From Candidatus Bilamarchaeaceae archaeon (GTDB lineage Archaea > Micrarchaeota > Micrarchaeia > Anstonellales > Bilamarchaeaceae): a stretch of DNA of 58,764 nt. Within the stretch, counting starts at the first letter, position 1. The number at the start of each line of letters is the position of its first letter. Both the position numbers and the translations under genes were made by a program. The DNA is taken from NCBI GenBank assembly GCA_038870635.1, contig JAVZJR010000001.1, positions 15,934 through 74,697 of the forward strand, written 5' to 3'. The notes under the pieces were generated by a model. The model was not told the origin of the DNA. It saw only the letters and a program-made list of their open reading frames with translations, and ran no database searches. Below are positions 58,419-58,764 of this stretch, piece by piece.

Positions 58419-58764
58419 ATGAAAATAATAGGTGTGTTTGGTCGTGAGATATTAGATTCGCGAGGGAACCCAACAGTAGAAGTAGATGTTATTGCACAGG
58501 GTGGAGTTGGCAGTGCAGCTGCACCAAGCGGCGCATCAACTGGAAAACACGAAGCAGTAGAGCTTCGCGATGGCGGGAAACGATACGGTGGCAAAGGTGT
58601 ATTAAAAGCAGTTGAAAATGTCAATACTATAATTGGACCTGCTTTAGAAGGGATGGATGTCACAAAACAGGAAGAAATTGATCTCAAGATGAGGGAGTTG
58701 GACGGTACAAAAGATAAAAGTAGATTGGGGGCTAATGCAATAGTTGCGACTTCAATGGCTGTTT
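58419..58764 (+). CDS. eno: Enolase (N-terminal part; runs off the window)
   Basis: Not in the ORF track. [24 protein letters not shown]...[18 protein letters not shown]...GKGVLKAV...LGANA. Confidence 0.96.
   Translation, partial: MKIIGVFGREILDSRGNPTVEVDVIAQGGVGSAAAPSGASTGKHEAVELRDGGKRYGGKGVLKAVENVNTIIGPALEGMDVTKQEEIDLKMRELDGTKDKSRLGANAIVATSMAV

Overview
An AT-rich, gene-dense archaeal chromosome segment of about 60 genes and one tRNA. The host is most likely a DPANN archaeon of the Micrarchaeota type. This is inferred from a ~390-aa three-unit (epsilon2/ARMAN-type) tRNA splicing endonuclease with a GTYK loop, separate PriS and PriL, and several Cys-rich surface proteins. Most of the window is housekeeping: EF-1a, topoisomerase VI, ValRS, Cdc6/Orc1, primase, RNase HI/HII, ScpA, SepF, YchF, deoxyhypusine synthase, enolase and initiator tRNA-Met. 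Also present are nucleotide and lipid metabolism genes (PurE, PyrC, dUTPase, a kinase-dCMP deaminase fusion, an HD dNTPase, bacterial-type MetK, ferredoxin plus geranylgeranyl reductase) and seven class III signal-peptide pilin-like genes. I saw no transposase, integrase, CRISPR array or rRNA. The most unexplained signal lies in the first 5.2 kb. Two GC-rich intergenic islands (2481-2657, 5088-5143) fold into hairpins and share an identical TCCTCCCACCAG 12-mer between a long and a short stem. The first island directly follows a winged-helix gene that has its own structured leader and tandem operator-like repeat, and that gene is divergent from an HTH + PIN + XPF-nuclease operon. Other leads are a TPR-AAA ATPase with a hydrophobic tail, a CBS-HPF hibernation-type protein coupled to a pilin, two divergent arginase-fold paralogs, a DJ-1 protein lacking its catalytic Cys, and small ORFs missed by the ORF track. 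All annotations come from motif recognition by eye; no searches were run.
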